Below, piece by piece: positions 20,283-30,050 of a stretch of 64,000 nucleotides of DNA. Source of the DNA: Coraliomargarita sp. GTDB lineage: Bacteria; Verrucomicrobiota; Verrucomicrobiia; Opitutales; Coraliomargaritaceae. The notes below the pieces were generated by a model, which saw only the letters and a list, made by a program, of their open reading frames with translations, was not told the origin of the DNA and ran no database searches. The DNA lies in assembly GCA_965216325.1 (NCBI GenBank), contig OZ244160.1, positions 32,001 through 96,000 on the forward strand, given 5' to 3'. The translations under genes were made by a program, and so were the position numbers. Within the stretch, counting starts at the first letter, position 1. Every line of letters begins with the position of its first letter.

Positions 20283-21470
20283 ATGTCATCCAAGAAACCA
20301 CTCAAGGTAGGTATGGTTGGTGGCGGCGGTGGTGCATTTATTGCCAACCCCCACCAGAAAGCGATTCACTTTGACGGCACACGTAAAGTGCACTCTGTTG
20401 CGTTGCATCCTGATCCGAAGATCGCGATGGACGAGGCAAACAACTGGGCGTATCCGGTAAAAGGATACGAAAGCTACGACGAGATGATCGCCGTGCAGAA
20501 GGATTTACCGGAAGAGGAGCGCCTAGACTACATTCTTGTGGTCACTCCGAACTTCGTTCACTTCGACCCGTCTTACAAGGCGCTTGAAGCAGGTATTCCA
20601 GTGATGTGCGAAAAGCCGCTCACGGTGAACCTTGAGGAGTCGGAGAAGCTGGTCGCGAAGGCTAAGGAGAAGAACGTTCCGTTTGCGGTTGCGCACACTT
20701 ACGTTGGTCATTGGAGCAGCTGGTTTAGTCGCTTCATTGTGCAGAGCGGTCTGATTGGTGAGGTTCGTTGGGTAGACAGCTACTACATTCAGGGCTGGCT
20801 TGCTGACAAGCTGGAGGATACTGGCCAAATGCAAGCAGCATGGCGCACCGACCCGAAGCGTGCTGGCGCATCCGGTGCCGGTGGTGATATCGGTATCCAC
20901 GCACTTGAGCAGCTCCGCTTTGTGACGGGACTCGACGTGACGGATGTTTCCGCGCACTGCGAATGCATGGTTCCGGGCCGTCCGATTGACGACCATTTCA
21001 CCGCTTACGGAAAGCTTTCCAATGGCGGTAAGTGCATGGTTCGTGCATCGCAAATCTGCCACGGTCATTTGAACGACCTCGGCATTGTCGTTGCCGGCAC
21101 CAAGGGGCTGCTTAAGTGGCGCCAGGAAGACGCCGAGGCCGTAACCATTTGCCTTCCAGGGCAACCGGATCGCACCTACTGGCGTGGGGCGGTGTCGCCG
21201 AATGACGGCTTCCTTGGTGATGTGCCACAGGAGTTGCTTGACGAGCCTACAATTCCATCTGGTCACGTTGAAGGCTTGCATGACGCATTCGCGCGTTTGC
21301 ATCGCGAGTTCGAAAAGGATGTTCGCGCATGGCAAGCAGGTGAGGAGTGGAACTGTGACGGCAGTCGTTATGCGAACGTTGAAGATGGTCGTATGGGCTT
21401 GGCGTTTATCGACGCAGCAGTGGCATCACATCAGAATAACAATGCTTGGACGTCTGTCGATCTAGGCTAA
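20283..21470 (+). CDS. Gfo/Idh/MocA oxidoreductase
   Basis: GMVGGGGGAFI, VTPNFVH, CEKPL, YIQGWL, GDIGIHA. Confidence 0.92.
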   Translation: MSSKKPLKVGMVGGGGGAFIANPHQKAIHFDGTRKVHSVALHPDPKIAMDEANNWAYPVKGYESYDEMIAVQKDLPEEERLDYILVVTPNFVHFDPSYKALEAGIPVMCEKPLTVNLEESEKLVAKAKEKNVPFAVAHTYVGHWSSWFSRFIVQSGLIGEVRWVDSYYIQGWLADKLEDTGQMQAAWRTDPKRAGASGAGGDIGIHALEQLRFVTGLDVTDVSAHCECMVPGRPIDDHFTAYGKLSNGGKCMVRASQICHGHLNDLGIVVAGTKGLLKWRQEDAEAVTICLPGQPDRTYWRGAVSPNDGFLGDVPQELLDEPTIPSGHVEGLHDAFARLHREFEKDVRAWQAGEEWNCDGSRYANVEDGRMGLAFIDAAVASHQNNNAWTSVDLG

Positions 21471-21480
21471 GATTTTATCC

Positions 21481-22131
21481 ATGATTAATACCCCGCGTAT
21501 CCTTCGTTTGCTGTCTGCGATATGTGTGCTTTTGTGTGCGTGTACGTTATCGGCTTCTGAGCCTAAGTATGATAGTATTGATGAAGCGATTGCGCGGGGT
21601 GACTTGGAGGATGTTAGCTTGCAGTTAACAGCGCACCCGGAGCGCGCGAACAAGGGAAAACACCCTAAGCTGACTCCGTTGAATCAAGCAATTTTACGCA
21701 AGCGCAGTCGGATTGCGTTGGTATTGATTCAGGCTGGGGCGGATGTGAATGCTGCAGATACCAGTAAGCGCACGCCTCTGCATTTGTGTGTGGATCGTGA
21801 TTTACCTGAGGTTGCTAATGCTCTCTTAAAGGCAAAGGCGAAGCCTGATGAATGGGACAAAGCCGGCTGGACGCCGCTACATAATGCGGCGGCCAAGAAT
21901 AAGTTCAAGGTCGCAGAAACCCTCATCCATGGAGGAGCGAACCCAAAAGCTTTGAGCAAACGTGGAGGCACTCCGTTGCACGAAGCTGCCGCGAGTGCTG
22001 AGACTCCGTTGATTCAACTCTTATTAGAGCAAGGAGTGGATCCGGCTGTCGAAGCCGATGACGGCTCTACCGCATTGTCGATTGCTACAGCTGCTGGAAA
22101 CGATGCGGCTATCGAACTTCTCTCAAAATAA
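21481..22131 (+). CDS. exported ankyrin-repeat protein
   Basis: signal peptide plus several TPLH/TPLN ankyrin repeats. Confidence 0.88.
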   Translation: MINTPRILRLLSAICVLLCACTLSASEPKYDSIDEAIARGDLEDVSLQLTAHPERANKGKHPKLTPLNQAILRKRSRIALVLIQAGADVNAADTSKRTPLHLCVDRDLPEVANALLKAKAKPDEWDKAGWTPLHNAAAKNKFKVAETLIHGGANPKALSKRGGTPLHEAAASAETPLIQLLLEQGVDPAVEADDGSTALSIATAAGNDAAIELLSK

Positions 22132-22141
22132 ATTGTATCCG

Positions 22142-23308
22142 ATGACTCTTGGCTCATTTGTATGTATCGCCTTTGCAGTGACAATAACTCTAACGCTGCA
22201 TGGCAATGGGGCATTTTTTGGGGATCCTCCCGATGAGCAGCGTCCTTGGGCTGTGCATGATCAAAACCGTCCGCAGCCACCTCGAGTTGAGCCTGGTGCT
22301 GTTTTAGGCGATGCGCCCTCGGATGCGCTTGTCCTCTTTGATGGCACGCAAGAATCCTTTGATGTGAACTGGATTCATACGAAGCCTGCCGAGAAGCGCA
22401 AAGGTAACTGGCAGATTGTCGATGGTGCGCTGCAGGTGACTGCTGGAGCTGGTTTTATCTCAACAGTAGAGTCCTTTGGTGATTGCCAACTTCACCTCGA
22501 GTGGGCCGCGCCTGAATTCGTCAAAAAAGACGGGCAAGGACGTGGTAATAGTGGCGTCTTCCTTATGGGCACAGCGGAGGTGCAAATTCTCGATAATTAC
22601 GAAAATCCGACATATCCTGACGGCACTGCAGGAGCTGTTTATGGGGTTATGCCACCAGCTGCGAATGCCTTACGCGCTCGGGGTGAGTGGCAAAGCTACG
22701 ATATCGTCTTTCGGCGTCCGATCGTGAAAGACGGCAAGGTTCTTGATCCCGGGAGGATGACAGTTTTTTGCAATGGCGTTCTTGTTCAGGATATCACCGA
22801 CCTCGAAGGGGGAGGTGGTTATCGCCATCGAAAGCCCTTGAATCGAGTCTTTCCCGAGAAAGCTCCATTGAGACTTCAAGATCATGGTGACCCGGTTCGT
22901 TTTCGAAATATTTGGATTCGATCCATTCGCCCTCGGGCGCTTGATGGCGGTTTTGATGGACGCCTCTCGCCGGAAGCAGCCTTGGTGAAGCGCGCTGAAA
23001 CTGCGGCGATGATTCGCGAGAAGGCTGTAGTGATGCAAGGGCTTGATAAGGCTATGTTACTGCTGGAATCGCTGGTATATGAGGCAGATGATGATGCTCG
23101 TGCCGAAGCCGATGATCTTATTGCTGACTACTTGGAGTGTTTCAAAATTACAACTGATGAGCAGGCCAAGAAGCAGAAGGATCAACTGCTTAATTTGGAC
23201 AAAGCCGTGTGTTTTATGATCAAGCACAAGCGATTGCCTGATGATTATTTTGCAGCCGCTCGACTCAATGAAATCATCGATCGCTACGATTGGAAGCGGA
23301 GGCGATAA
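22142..23308 (+). CDS. DUF1080 (3-keto-glycoside hydratase/hydrolase-like) protein with helical C-terminal extension
   Basis: LFDG, FGDCQLHLEW, GNSGVFL, EVQILD, GEWQSYDI, LQDHGDPVRFRNIWIR. Confidence 0.9.
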   Translation: MTLGSFVCIAFAVTITLTLHGNGAFFGDPPDEQRPWAVHDQNRPQPPRVEPGAVLGDAPSDALVLFDGTQESFDVNWIHTKPAEKRKGNWQIVDGALQVTAGAGFISTVESFGDCQLHLEWAAPEFVKKDGQGRGNSGVFLMGTAEVQILDNYENPTYPDGTAGAVYGVMPPAANALRARGEWQSYDIVFRRPIVKDGKVLDPGRMTVFCNGVLVQDITDLEGGGGYRHRKPLNRVFPEKAPLRLQDHGDPVRFRNIWIRSIRPRALDGGFDGRLSPEAALVKRAETAAMIREKAVVMQGLDKAMLLLESLVYEADDDARAEADDLIADYLECFKITTDEQAKKQKDQLLNLDKAVCFMIKHKRLPDDYFAAARLNEIIDRYDWKRRR

Positions 23309-23359
23309 TAATCACATTTTACCGAACTCAGAACTATAATTAAATAATAAGGAATAGAT

Positions 23360-24394
23360 ATGTCACGTCCTGTCACATTGTTCACCGGCCAATGGGCCGA
23401 TCTATCACTCGCTGAACTGGCTCCAAAGGTAAAGGAAATGGGCTATGATGGTGTCGAGCTCGCTTGTTGGGGCGATCATTTTGATGTGCAGACAGCACTG
23501 AACGATCCAGACTACATCGCGAAGAAGTGGGAGCTACTCGAAGCGAACGGCCTTACTTGTTATGCGATTTCCTCGCACTTGGTTGGGCAGGCGGTCTGTG
23601 ATAACATCGACGAGCGTCATGCGGCGATTCTATCGCCTGAGATTTATGGGAATGGTGAAGCGGAAGGTGTTCGCGAACGTGCCGCTCAAGAGATGAAGGA
23701 CACGGCGAAGGCAGCGCGTAAGTTTTTCGACGCCAAGCCAGGCGGTGCTCCTGAGCGCGTCGTGGTGAATGGCTTTACCGGTTCCTCCATTTGGCATCTC
23801 ATCTATTCCTTTCCGCCTGTTGTGCCGGGTCAGATCGATGCAGGTTTTAAGGACTTTGCAGACCGCTGGACGCCGATTCTTGAGACTTTTGAGCAGGAAG
23901 ATGTCTACTTCGCACTTGAAGTGCATCCGACTGAAATTGCCTTCGATATCGCTAGTGCGGCGCGTGCGATTGAGGCAATCGGCGGGCACAAACGCTTCGG
24001 TTTTAACTACGACCCAAGTCACCTTGGCTATCAAGGTGTGGACTATGTGAAGTTCATTTACGAATTCGGTGAGCGTATCTTCCACAGTCACGTTAAGGAT
24101 GCATGGTGGGGCCATAGCAATGGTGACGTTGGTGTCTTCGGTGGTCACACAGACTTTGGTGATCCACGCCGTTACTGGGATTTTCGTTCACCTGGCCGTG
24201 GTGATGTAAACTTTGAAGAAGTGATCGTCGCGCTCAATGACGTTCAATATAAGGGCCCGCTTTCGGTTGAATGGGAAGATATTCGCATGGATCGTTTTGC
24301 TGGTGCAACGGAGGCTTGTGCGATGACGCGCAAGCTCGATTTTGCTCCAAGTGATGTGGCATTTGATGCTGCATTTGATAAAGAAAACCAATAG
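23360..24394 (+). CDS. sugar-phosphate isomerase/epimerase-like TIM barrel (xylose isomerase-like family)
   Basis: [39 protein letters not shown]. Confidence 0.9.
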   Translation: MSRPVTLFTGQWADLSLAELAPKVKEMGYDGVELACWGDHFDVQTALNDPDYIAKKWELLEANGLTCYAISSHLVGQAVCDNIDERHAAILSPEIYGNGEAEGVRERAAQEMKDTAKAARKFFDAKPGGAPERVVVNGFTGSSIWHLIYSFPPVVPGQIDAGFKDFADRWTPILETFEQEDVYFALEVHPTEIAFDIASAARAIEAIGGHKRFGFNYDPSHLGYQGVDYVKFIYEFGERIFHSHVKDAWWGHSNGDVGVFGGHTDFGDPRRYWDFRSPGRGDVNFEEVIVALNDVQYKGPLSVEWEDIRMDRFAGATEACAMTRKLDFAPSDVAFDAAFDKENQ

Positions 24395-24427
24395 CAGAAT
24401 AGGCATGAGGTTTCTGCCTATTCTAGC
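24394..24427 (+). terminator. hairpin after the operon
   Basis: AGAATAGGCA-loop-TGCCTATTCT. Confidence 0.5.
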
Positions 24428-24492
24428 TTGATAGTCATTGATGGCTTTCGAGGCTTTTTATACCGCTTTACAAAAATTCTGAGCCTTTAGCG

Positions 24493-24586
24493 AGAGCTGA
24501 GAGTTATTCTGGCAAGGCGGTTGCCTGCTGTTGGGGCGAGACCCTGCTGGAGGCGACCAACGCAGCCAGCCGAACTCTCAGCCTCG
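24493..24586. repeat. structured intergenic element (MITE-like or ncRNA)
   Basis: GCTGAGAGTT ... AACTCTCAGC outer stem with inner CTGGC..GCCAG and CAAGGCG..CAACGCAG. Confidence 0.5.
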
Positions 24587-24967
24587 TCATTCAGATGCGC
24601 GCTCGGGCGAAGGCGGTTAATGGTCGGGGCGAGTCAATGGGCCTGAGGTTGAGATTGAACATGGCCCCGGGCAATCGGGCTACATCCATGGTGAAGCGTG
24701 TGGAGGTGGCGCTGTTTTGAGCCAATATCGAGTGATGTAGCTGTGAAGGAACATCTGTATTTCAAGAACGATGATTGGAATCACTATCGAATCCTTGCTG
24801 AAGCGGCATGAATCCGGACTTGGGGTATAATGGTTGCCCAGTCGCGGATCTGGTGGATCCGGAGTTGTTTGAGCGCTATTCAGATGGCTTTGTCGCGCTC
24901 CAAGTGCATGCTCATTTAAAGGGCGGTGTGGAAATCGGATGGCCCAATCTGTGTACACGCGAGTTAT

Positions 24968-24996
24968 AAAAAAAAGAGCGCCCTAAGGTGCTCTTT
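24968..24996 (-). terminator. intrinsic terminator
   Basis: AAAGAGC..GCTCTTT stem with a T-run on the minus strand. Confidence 0.65.
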
Positions 24997-25037
24997 GTGG
25001 AGTGTAAAGCGATCTTGATTGAGTCTTTATTGGTGAA

Positions 25038-25586
25038 TTACTTGAGGAAATTAGCAATTGCTTCGTCGACGACAGACTTGATGCGTGCTTCTCGTGCTGC
25101 GCCTTCAAGCTGTTCGGTGATCTGCTTCGACGCGTAGTTGCGGTAGATCAGCTTGCGCTCTTGGGCATCAATAACATCGATGATGAGGGTGCCTGCTTTG
25201 AAGTCGCGTGAGTAGTTACCTTCAATGGCGACCTTCTTGTGTGCGTAGCTTAGAATCTCTGATCCTGAGTTGATGTAGTAGTTGTCAATTGCTGTTGAAG
25301 CTGCATTGTCTTGGACCAAAATCAGGTAAGCTACAATGAGTTCAGCATCATCACCTGTTTCCTTGAGGCCGCCCTTAGTCAGATTGCTGACGATTTCTTT
25401 CTGAATGATGGAATGGGCTTGGTCATCTTTGTTAGCGAAATGCGTCGAGCTGTCTGGCAATTCTCGGTATAGGCGGAAGGAGTTGTAGCCAGCGCTGGTG
25501 CCTTGGGGAGTTTCGACAGATTTGCAGCCAACGAGGCTGGTAATCAGTGCCGCAAGGATAGGGAGGATGAGGTGTTTTATGTTCAT
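25038..25586 (-). CDS. DUF4136-like lipoprotein
   Basis: lipobox LVGC; GTLIIDVIDA..KLIYR..A motif. Confidence 0.8.
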   Translation of the reverse strand: MNIKHLILPILAALITSLVGCKSVETPQGTSAGYNSFRLYRELPDSSTHFANKDDQAHSIIQKEIVSNLTKGGLKETGDDAELIVAYLILVQDNAASTAIDNYYINSGSEILSYAHKKVAIEGNYSRDFKAGTLIIDVIDAQERKLIYRNYASKQITEQLEGAAREARIKSVVDEAIANFLK

Positions 25587-25665
25587 GATAATCTTGATTT
25601 CGCGATCGTGAGAGTTGTAGCAGGGATTAAAAGCTGGATTCGTTCGAATGTAAAGCGGAGGGTGC

Positions 25666-26733
25666 CTAATCTTTTGTTGGGTCCTTGCGGTTGCGCCTGC
25701 GCTCGGCGTATTGTCTGCGCCGTGCGAACTCTCGCATGTCTACCGCTGGATCATCCTCCTCAAAGATTTCTTGGCCGATGATATGCTCAATGACATCTTC
25801 CATGGTGATCACCCCGGACATCGTGCCAAACTCGTCAACGGCGATCGCGAGTTGTTGGTGTTTCTTGAGGAAGGTTTGAAGTGCATTGTCAGCGGTTGCG
25901 TTATCGGGAACGAAAATTGGCGGCGAAGCGAGGTCGGCGATGCGTAAATCATCTTTATCTTCTGCCTTGGCGCCGAGAAGTTCACGTCGTCGAACAATCC
26001 CGATGATGTTGTCGCGTTCGTCTGTGTATACTGGGATTCGTGCAAAGGGGATGTTGCCGCCTGCGGTTTTAAATAGAGAGCCAATAGTATCATCTGCATT
26101 TATACTATGCACAACTGTTCGGGGTGTCATGATCTGGTGCACTTGGATTTCGTCGAGGCTCAAGGCATTATTGATTAACTCATGTTCATTTGAGGTTAGG
26201 TTACCTTCCTTGGCGCTTTTTTCGGCAAGGAGCATGATTTCCTCTTCGGTGTCGGTTTCATTGCTCGCCTCGGGTTTGATAAATAATTTAACGGTCATGC
26301 CAACAGTCTTTGAGATTGGAGTCATCATCGTGCAGATCCAGCCAAGAGGGAAGATGAGTATTGGCTGTAGGTTGGTTCTGTAGAGCACGCCCAGGTTTTT
26401 GGGTATGATTTCCGAAAAAAAGAGGATCGCAACCGCCATGGATACCGAGACATTGAGTAGCACATTGCTGCTTTCCGACCAAATGTTTACTGCCAGTCCG
26501 CCTACCATCGTTGCGCCGAGTGTGTTGGCGATGGTGTTGAGGCTGAGAATTGCTGAGCTGGTTTCCTCTAATTCGAACTTGCGTTGCTCAAGTCGTTCCC
26601 CGCGTTTGGGGTAACTCTTTTTTAGGGCTTCAATCTCAGCCGTTGTAGTGCTCAGTATCATTGCTTCCAGGATGGAGCAAAGGGCAGACACTAAAATCGT
26701 GAATGCTATGGCGAGAATGAATTCGAAGATCAT
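25666..26733 (-). CDS. CNNM/CorC-family protein (DUF21 plus CBS pair)
   Basis: SALCSILEA, FSEIIPKNLG, IMTPR, VDEFG, TMEDVIEHIIG. Confidence 0.92.
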   Translation of the reverse strand: MIFEFILAIAFTILVSALCSILEAMILSTTTAEIEALKKSYPKRGERLEQRKFELEETSSAILSLNTIANTLGATMVGGLAVNIWSESSNVLLNVSVSMAVAILFFSEIIPKNLGVLYRTNLQPILIFPLGWICTMMTPISKTVGMTVKLFIKPEASNETDTEEEIMLLAEKSAKEGNLTSNEHELINNALSLDEIQVHQIMTPRTVVHSINADDTIGSLFKTAGGNIPFARIPVYTDERDNIIGIVRRRELLGAKAEDKDDLRIADLASPPIFVPDNATADNALQTFLKKHQQLAIAVDEFGTMSGVITMEDVIEHIIGQEIFEEDDPAVDMREFARRRQYAERRRNRKDPTKD

Positions 26734-26946
26734 TTGGGACGGGTTATCAGTCCAGTCGATTGATGAGTGGTGTAACCACGCTTTGGATGCTAATAGCATA
26801 TGATGTGCTTGGCTAATACTCGGGTTCAAGCTCTTATTCTATGCGTTCTAAGACTGTGTGATATTTGTGCTAAAGTCTTGACCGACTTTCTATTGAGGCG
26901 ATATCTTAATACCTTTTATTCGATTGTCTCATTACTATATTCTTGT

Positions 26947-27462
26947 ATGAAATACAGTGCACTTTTCATTGCCCCCATCATCGCAGCCGCAGCCTTCTTC
27001 GGCTTTAGCGGTTGCACCACTCTTGAGCAAGGTTTGCCTCAGGATGTCGTGGTCATGTCGTTTCCCAGTGAGGCGAGTATCTATGTAAACGGAGAGGCTC
27101 GTGGTATTACGCCTATGACGCTTCAGTTGCCGCGTAAGCTCGTCCATGAGATCCGTCTGGAGAAGCAAGGCTACAATCCGGCTGTTAAGTATTTTACGCC
27201 TGTTCCTAATGAAAAGGCGGATAACTTTATTCGCTTTGGCCTTTCTCAGGATCTGGGGCACTATGTCGACCTTGAGCCCGGCGCGATCAAGGCCGAGATG
27301 AAGAGTGATTTGGTCCCCGTCTCACGAGGTGCTGACCCATTTGAGCGCATGGCTGAGCAGGCTTTGAAGGCTGACGCTCAGTTGGAAGCGGGCGAAATTA
27401 CGCCTATTGAGCACAAGTTGATCATCGAGCAAATTTTGCAATATTTTGAGGCAAACAGCTAG
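26947..27462 (+). CDS. PEGA-domain lipoprotein
   Basis: lipobox FSGC; SFPSEASIYVNG..GITP...HEIRLEKQGY. Confidence 0.8.
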   Translation: MKYSALFIAPIIAAAAFFGFSGCTTLEQGLPQDVVVMSFPSEASIYVNGEARGITPMTLQLPRKLVHEIRLEKQGYNPAVKYFTPVPNEKADNFIRFGLSQDLGHYVDLEPGAIKAEMKSDLVPVSRGADPFERMAEQALKADAQLEAGEITPIEHKLIIEQILQYFEANS

Positions 27463-27510
27463 TTGAACGCTAGCTAAACCACCTAACCACACGAAAGCTA
27501 CCACTAGTCA

Positions 27511-27891
27511 ATGAGCGAACTGCCGCAGAATCTTTTCTATACTTCCGATCATGAATGGGTGCGCCTTAACGACGACGGCACTGCTGCAGTCGGAATTACC
27601 GGGTATGCTCAGGAGAGTTTGGGGGACATTACGTTTGTTGAATTTCCTGAAGCCGGTGCGAGTTTTGATAAGGGGGATGCCTTCGGGGTGGTTGAGTCTG
27701 TTAAGGCGGCTTCCGATTTGTATATGCCTTTGGATGCTGAGGTTCTCGAAGTTAATGATGAGGTGGATGCATCTCCGGAATTGGTAAATCAGGACCCGTA
27801 TGAAGCTGGTTGGTTGCTCAAAATTCGGGTTGCTGATGACGCTCAACTCGCTGATTTACTGAAGCCTGCAGCCTATGCAGAACTTATATAA
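27511..27891 (+). CDS. gcvH: glycine cleavage system H protein
   Basis: HEWV, GITGYAQESLGDI, VESVKAASD lipoyl site, NQDPYEAGW. Confidence 0.97.
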   Translation: MSELPQNLFYTSDHEWVRLNDDGTAAVGITGYAQESLGDITFVEFPEAGASFDKGDAFGVVESVKAASDLYMPLDAEVLEVNDEVDASPELVNQDPYEAGWLLKIRVADDAQLADLLKPAAYAELI

Positions 27892-27919
27892 AGACTGAGC
27901 AGTATAAGCTATTTCTTTT

Positions 27920-27953
27920 TAAGAGGGCCCGTGTTTGCGGGCTCTCTTTTTTT
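27920..27953 (+). terminator. intrinsic terminator
   Basis: AGAGGGCCCG..CGGGCTCTCT followed by a T-run. Confidence 0.75.
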
Positions 27954-28094
27954 GTTAGTTGTCGCGATTCTGCAGGTGCTGCGGGCTCTCAGTTGTATGC
28001 TGACTCATTTTAAGCTCGACAAGTGCCGCTTTAATCACCTAAAGCATAAAGGTTTATGCCACCTCTCTAGTGGTACTTACTTTCAGATTATTCA

Positions 28095-29429
28095 ATGAGA
28101 AAGAAAATTATTAGTGCGCGTAAGTTCATCAAGCCTTCCTTCAGCTATCTGGTTGAGAAGAAGCGCGATGGTGGCGAGTTTACAGACGAAGAAATTCGCT
28201 ATATTGTGGATTCTATTCTTGATGAGGAGCTTCCGGAATTTCAGCAGGCTGCACTTGCGATGGCTGTCTTCTTCCAGGGAATGTCCGCTCAGGAGACTGC
28301 AGTCTTTGCAGAGGAAATGATGCTTTCTGGTGAGGTAATTGACCTGACTGGAATTGCGCGCCCGAAGATCGACAAGTATTCAACGGGTGGTGTTGGTGAC
28401 AAAACGACACTAGTGCTCGGACCTCTCGCTGCGGCTTGTGGTGTAGTGATGCCAACAATGAATGGCGTCGACGAAGAGCATGTGATCAGCAATCTGGATA
28501 AGCTTTCATCGATTCCGAAATTCAACCCGGTTCTTGATTTGAAGGGCTTTCAAGCGCAACTCAAGAAGGTTGGTTGCACCTTTATCAAGCAAGATCCTGA
28601 GATCGCTCCAGTGGATTCGATTCTCTACAAGATGCGTCAGCAAACCGGCACGATACCAAGTCTGCCATTGATCACTGGTTCTGTTCTTAGCCGTAAGCTT
28701 GCTGAGGGCGCTGAAGGTCTGGTTATTGACGTGAAGTGGGGGAATGGATCGTTTATCAAAGATGTTGAGCAGGCGAAGCAGCTTGCTCGCTCAATTACAC
28801 GCGTTGGCCGCTCGATGAAGCGCCGCTGTGTCGCTCTTGTCACCGATATGAATCAGCCGCTTGGCGATACGGTTGGCACTGCTCTTGAGATTAAGGAAGC
28901 GATCCAGCTACTGAAGGGCGAGGGGCCCGAAGACTTGCAAGAGTTGGTCCTCAAGTTGGGCATGGAGATCGTTCGCCTTGCGGGTGTTGCGGGCTCGACA
29001 CTCTCTGCGAAGCAGACAGTTCAGCGTCATCTCAAGGATGGTTCTGCTCTGGAGAAGTTTAAGGAAATGGTCGAAGCTCAGGGGGGCGACACCAAGTTGA
29101 TCGACGACCCTGATAAGTTCCCAACAGCGAAGCACGTTCGTAAGCTTCCTGCTCCTAAGCGTGGCTATGTCCACACTATCAATGCCGGTATGATTGCCGA
29201 AGGCGTGCAGAAGCTGGCGATGAAGAAAAATGGCAAGTATGATCCAGCGGTTGGTGTTTCCGAAATCAAGAAAGTGGGGACGCAGGTTAAGCAAGGTGAG
29301 CCACTCATGATGATTCACTACAATGATGAGGCGAAAATGGAAGAGGCGCTTGAATACCTCAAGACGGCTTATCGTTTGGCACCAAAGCGTCCAAATCCGC
29401 CGGAACTCATTGTCGAGCGTGTCGCTTAA
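28095..29429 (+). CDS. thymidine/pyrimidine nucleoside phosphorylase-fold protein with degenerate active site
   Basis: KKRDGGE, DKYSTGGVGDK, LVIDVKWGNG, TDMNQPLG; catalytic motifs altered. Confidence 0.85.
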   Translation: MRKKIISARKFIKPSFSYLVEKKRDGGEFTDEEIRYIVDSILDEELPEFQQAALAMAVFFQGMSAQETAVFAEEMMLSGEVIDLTGIARPKIDKYSTGGVGDKTTLVLGPLAAACGVVMPTMNGVDEEHVISNLDKLSSIPKFNPVLDLKGFQAQLKKVGCTFIKQDPEIAPVDSILYKMRQQTGTIPSLPLITGSVLSRKLAEGAEGLVIDVKWGNGSFIKDVEQAKQLARSITRVGRSMKRRCVALVTDMNQPLGDTVGTALEIKEAIQLLKGEGPEDLQELVLKLGMEIVRLAGVAGSTLSAKQTVQRHLKDGSALEKFKEMVEAQGGDTKLIDDPDKFPTAKHVRKLPAPKRGYVHTINAGMIAEGVQKLAMKKNGKYDPAVGVSEIKKVGTQVKQGEPLMMIHYNDEAKMEEALEYLKTAYRLAPKRPNPPELIVERVA

Positions 29430-29448
29430 TCGGTGAATTCTTTAAAGC

Positions 29449-29483
29449 AAAAGCCCCACCTGTGATCAGGTGGGGCTTTTTTT
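29449..29483. terminator. bidirectional terminator
   Basis: AAAGCCCCACCTG..CAGGTGGGGCTTTTTT between convergent genes. Confidence 0.8.
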
Positions 29484-29505
29484 GTAGAATACTGAAGGTG
29501 CTTCT

Positions 29506-29898
29506 TTAAGCCATCAGGAAATCTGCAATATAGTGCAGGAGGTTTTGCTTGGATGCATGGCTTGATATGTCCGCAAAGAACGGGAAAAATCGGCCCTGTA
29601 GGCTGCCGATCTGTAGGATCTCGGCAAATACATAGGGCTTGCCGTTCACTTCTGCCACTTTCAGGTCCAGCACTAGGCGGACACCGTTGAATTCCTTGAG
29701 GACGGAAAACGTTGCAAAGCCACTTGGGTTGTTTGGCTCGCAAGGCGTGTAGTCAAATTGGGAGTTGGCGCCCGTGAGCTGGGATTTTAGCCAACGACTG
29801 GCTTCGGACACAACTTTGAGTGCTTGTTGCGGCTGGTCGCGTTTAATGTTCAGGATAAGCGAGAGCTCATCTGCTGGATCTGGATTGCCACTATGCAT
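29506..29898 (-). CDS. hypothetical protein
   Basis: 130 aa ORF with globular composition ending at the bidirectional terminator. Confidence 0.6.
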   Translation of the reverse strand: MHSGNPDPADELSLILNIKRDQPQQALKVVSEASRWLKSQLTGANSQFDYTPCEPNNPSGFATFSVLKEFNGVRLVLDLKVAEVNGKPYVFAEILQIGSLQGRFFPFFADISSHASKQNLLHYIADFLMA

Positions 29899-30050
29899 AT
29901 TGGGATTACTTTCTATGTTCGTGTTTAAATTGATTCTCCATGCTGCAAAATGCTCGGCAAGGTTTTGTCTAAGTTGTTGTTCGATTCACGTGTGTCTACT
30001 AACTGTGATTACGAGATTGAATACCCGGCTCGGTGAGACCTCTAGTGTGG

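Noticed and set aside
24680..24958. 92-aa minus-strand ORF
   Set aside because: No recognisable family; composition looks non-coding or decayed
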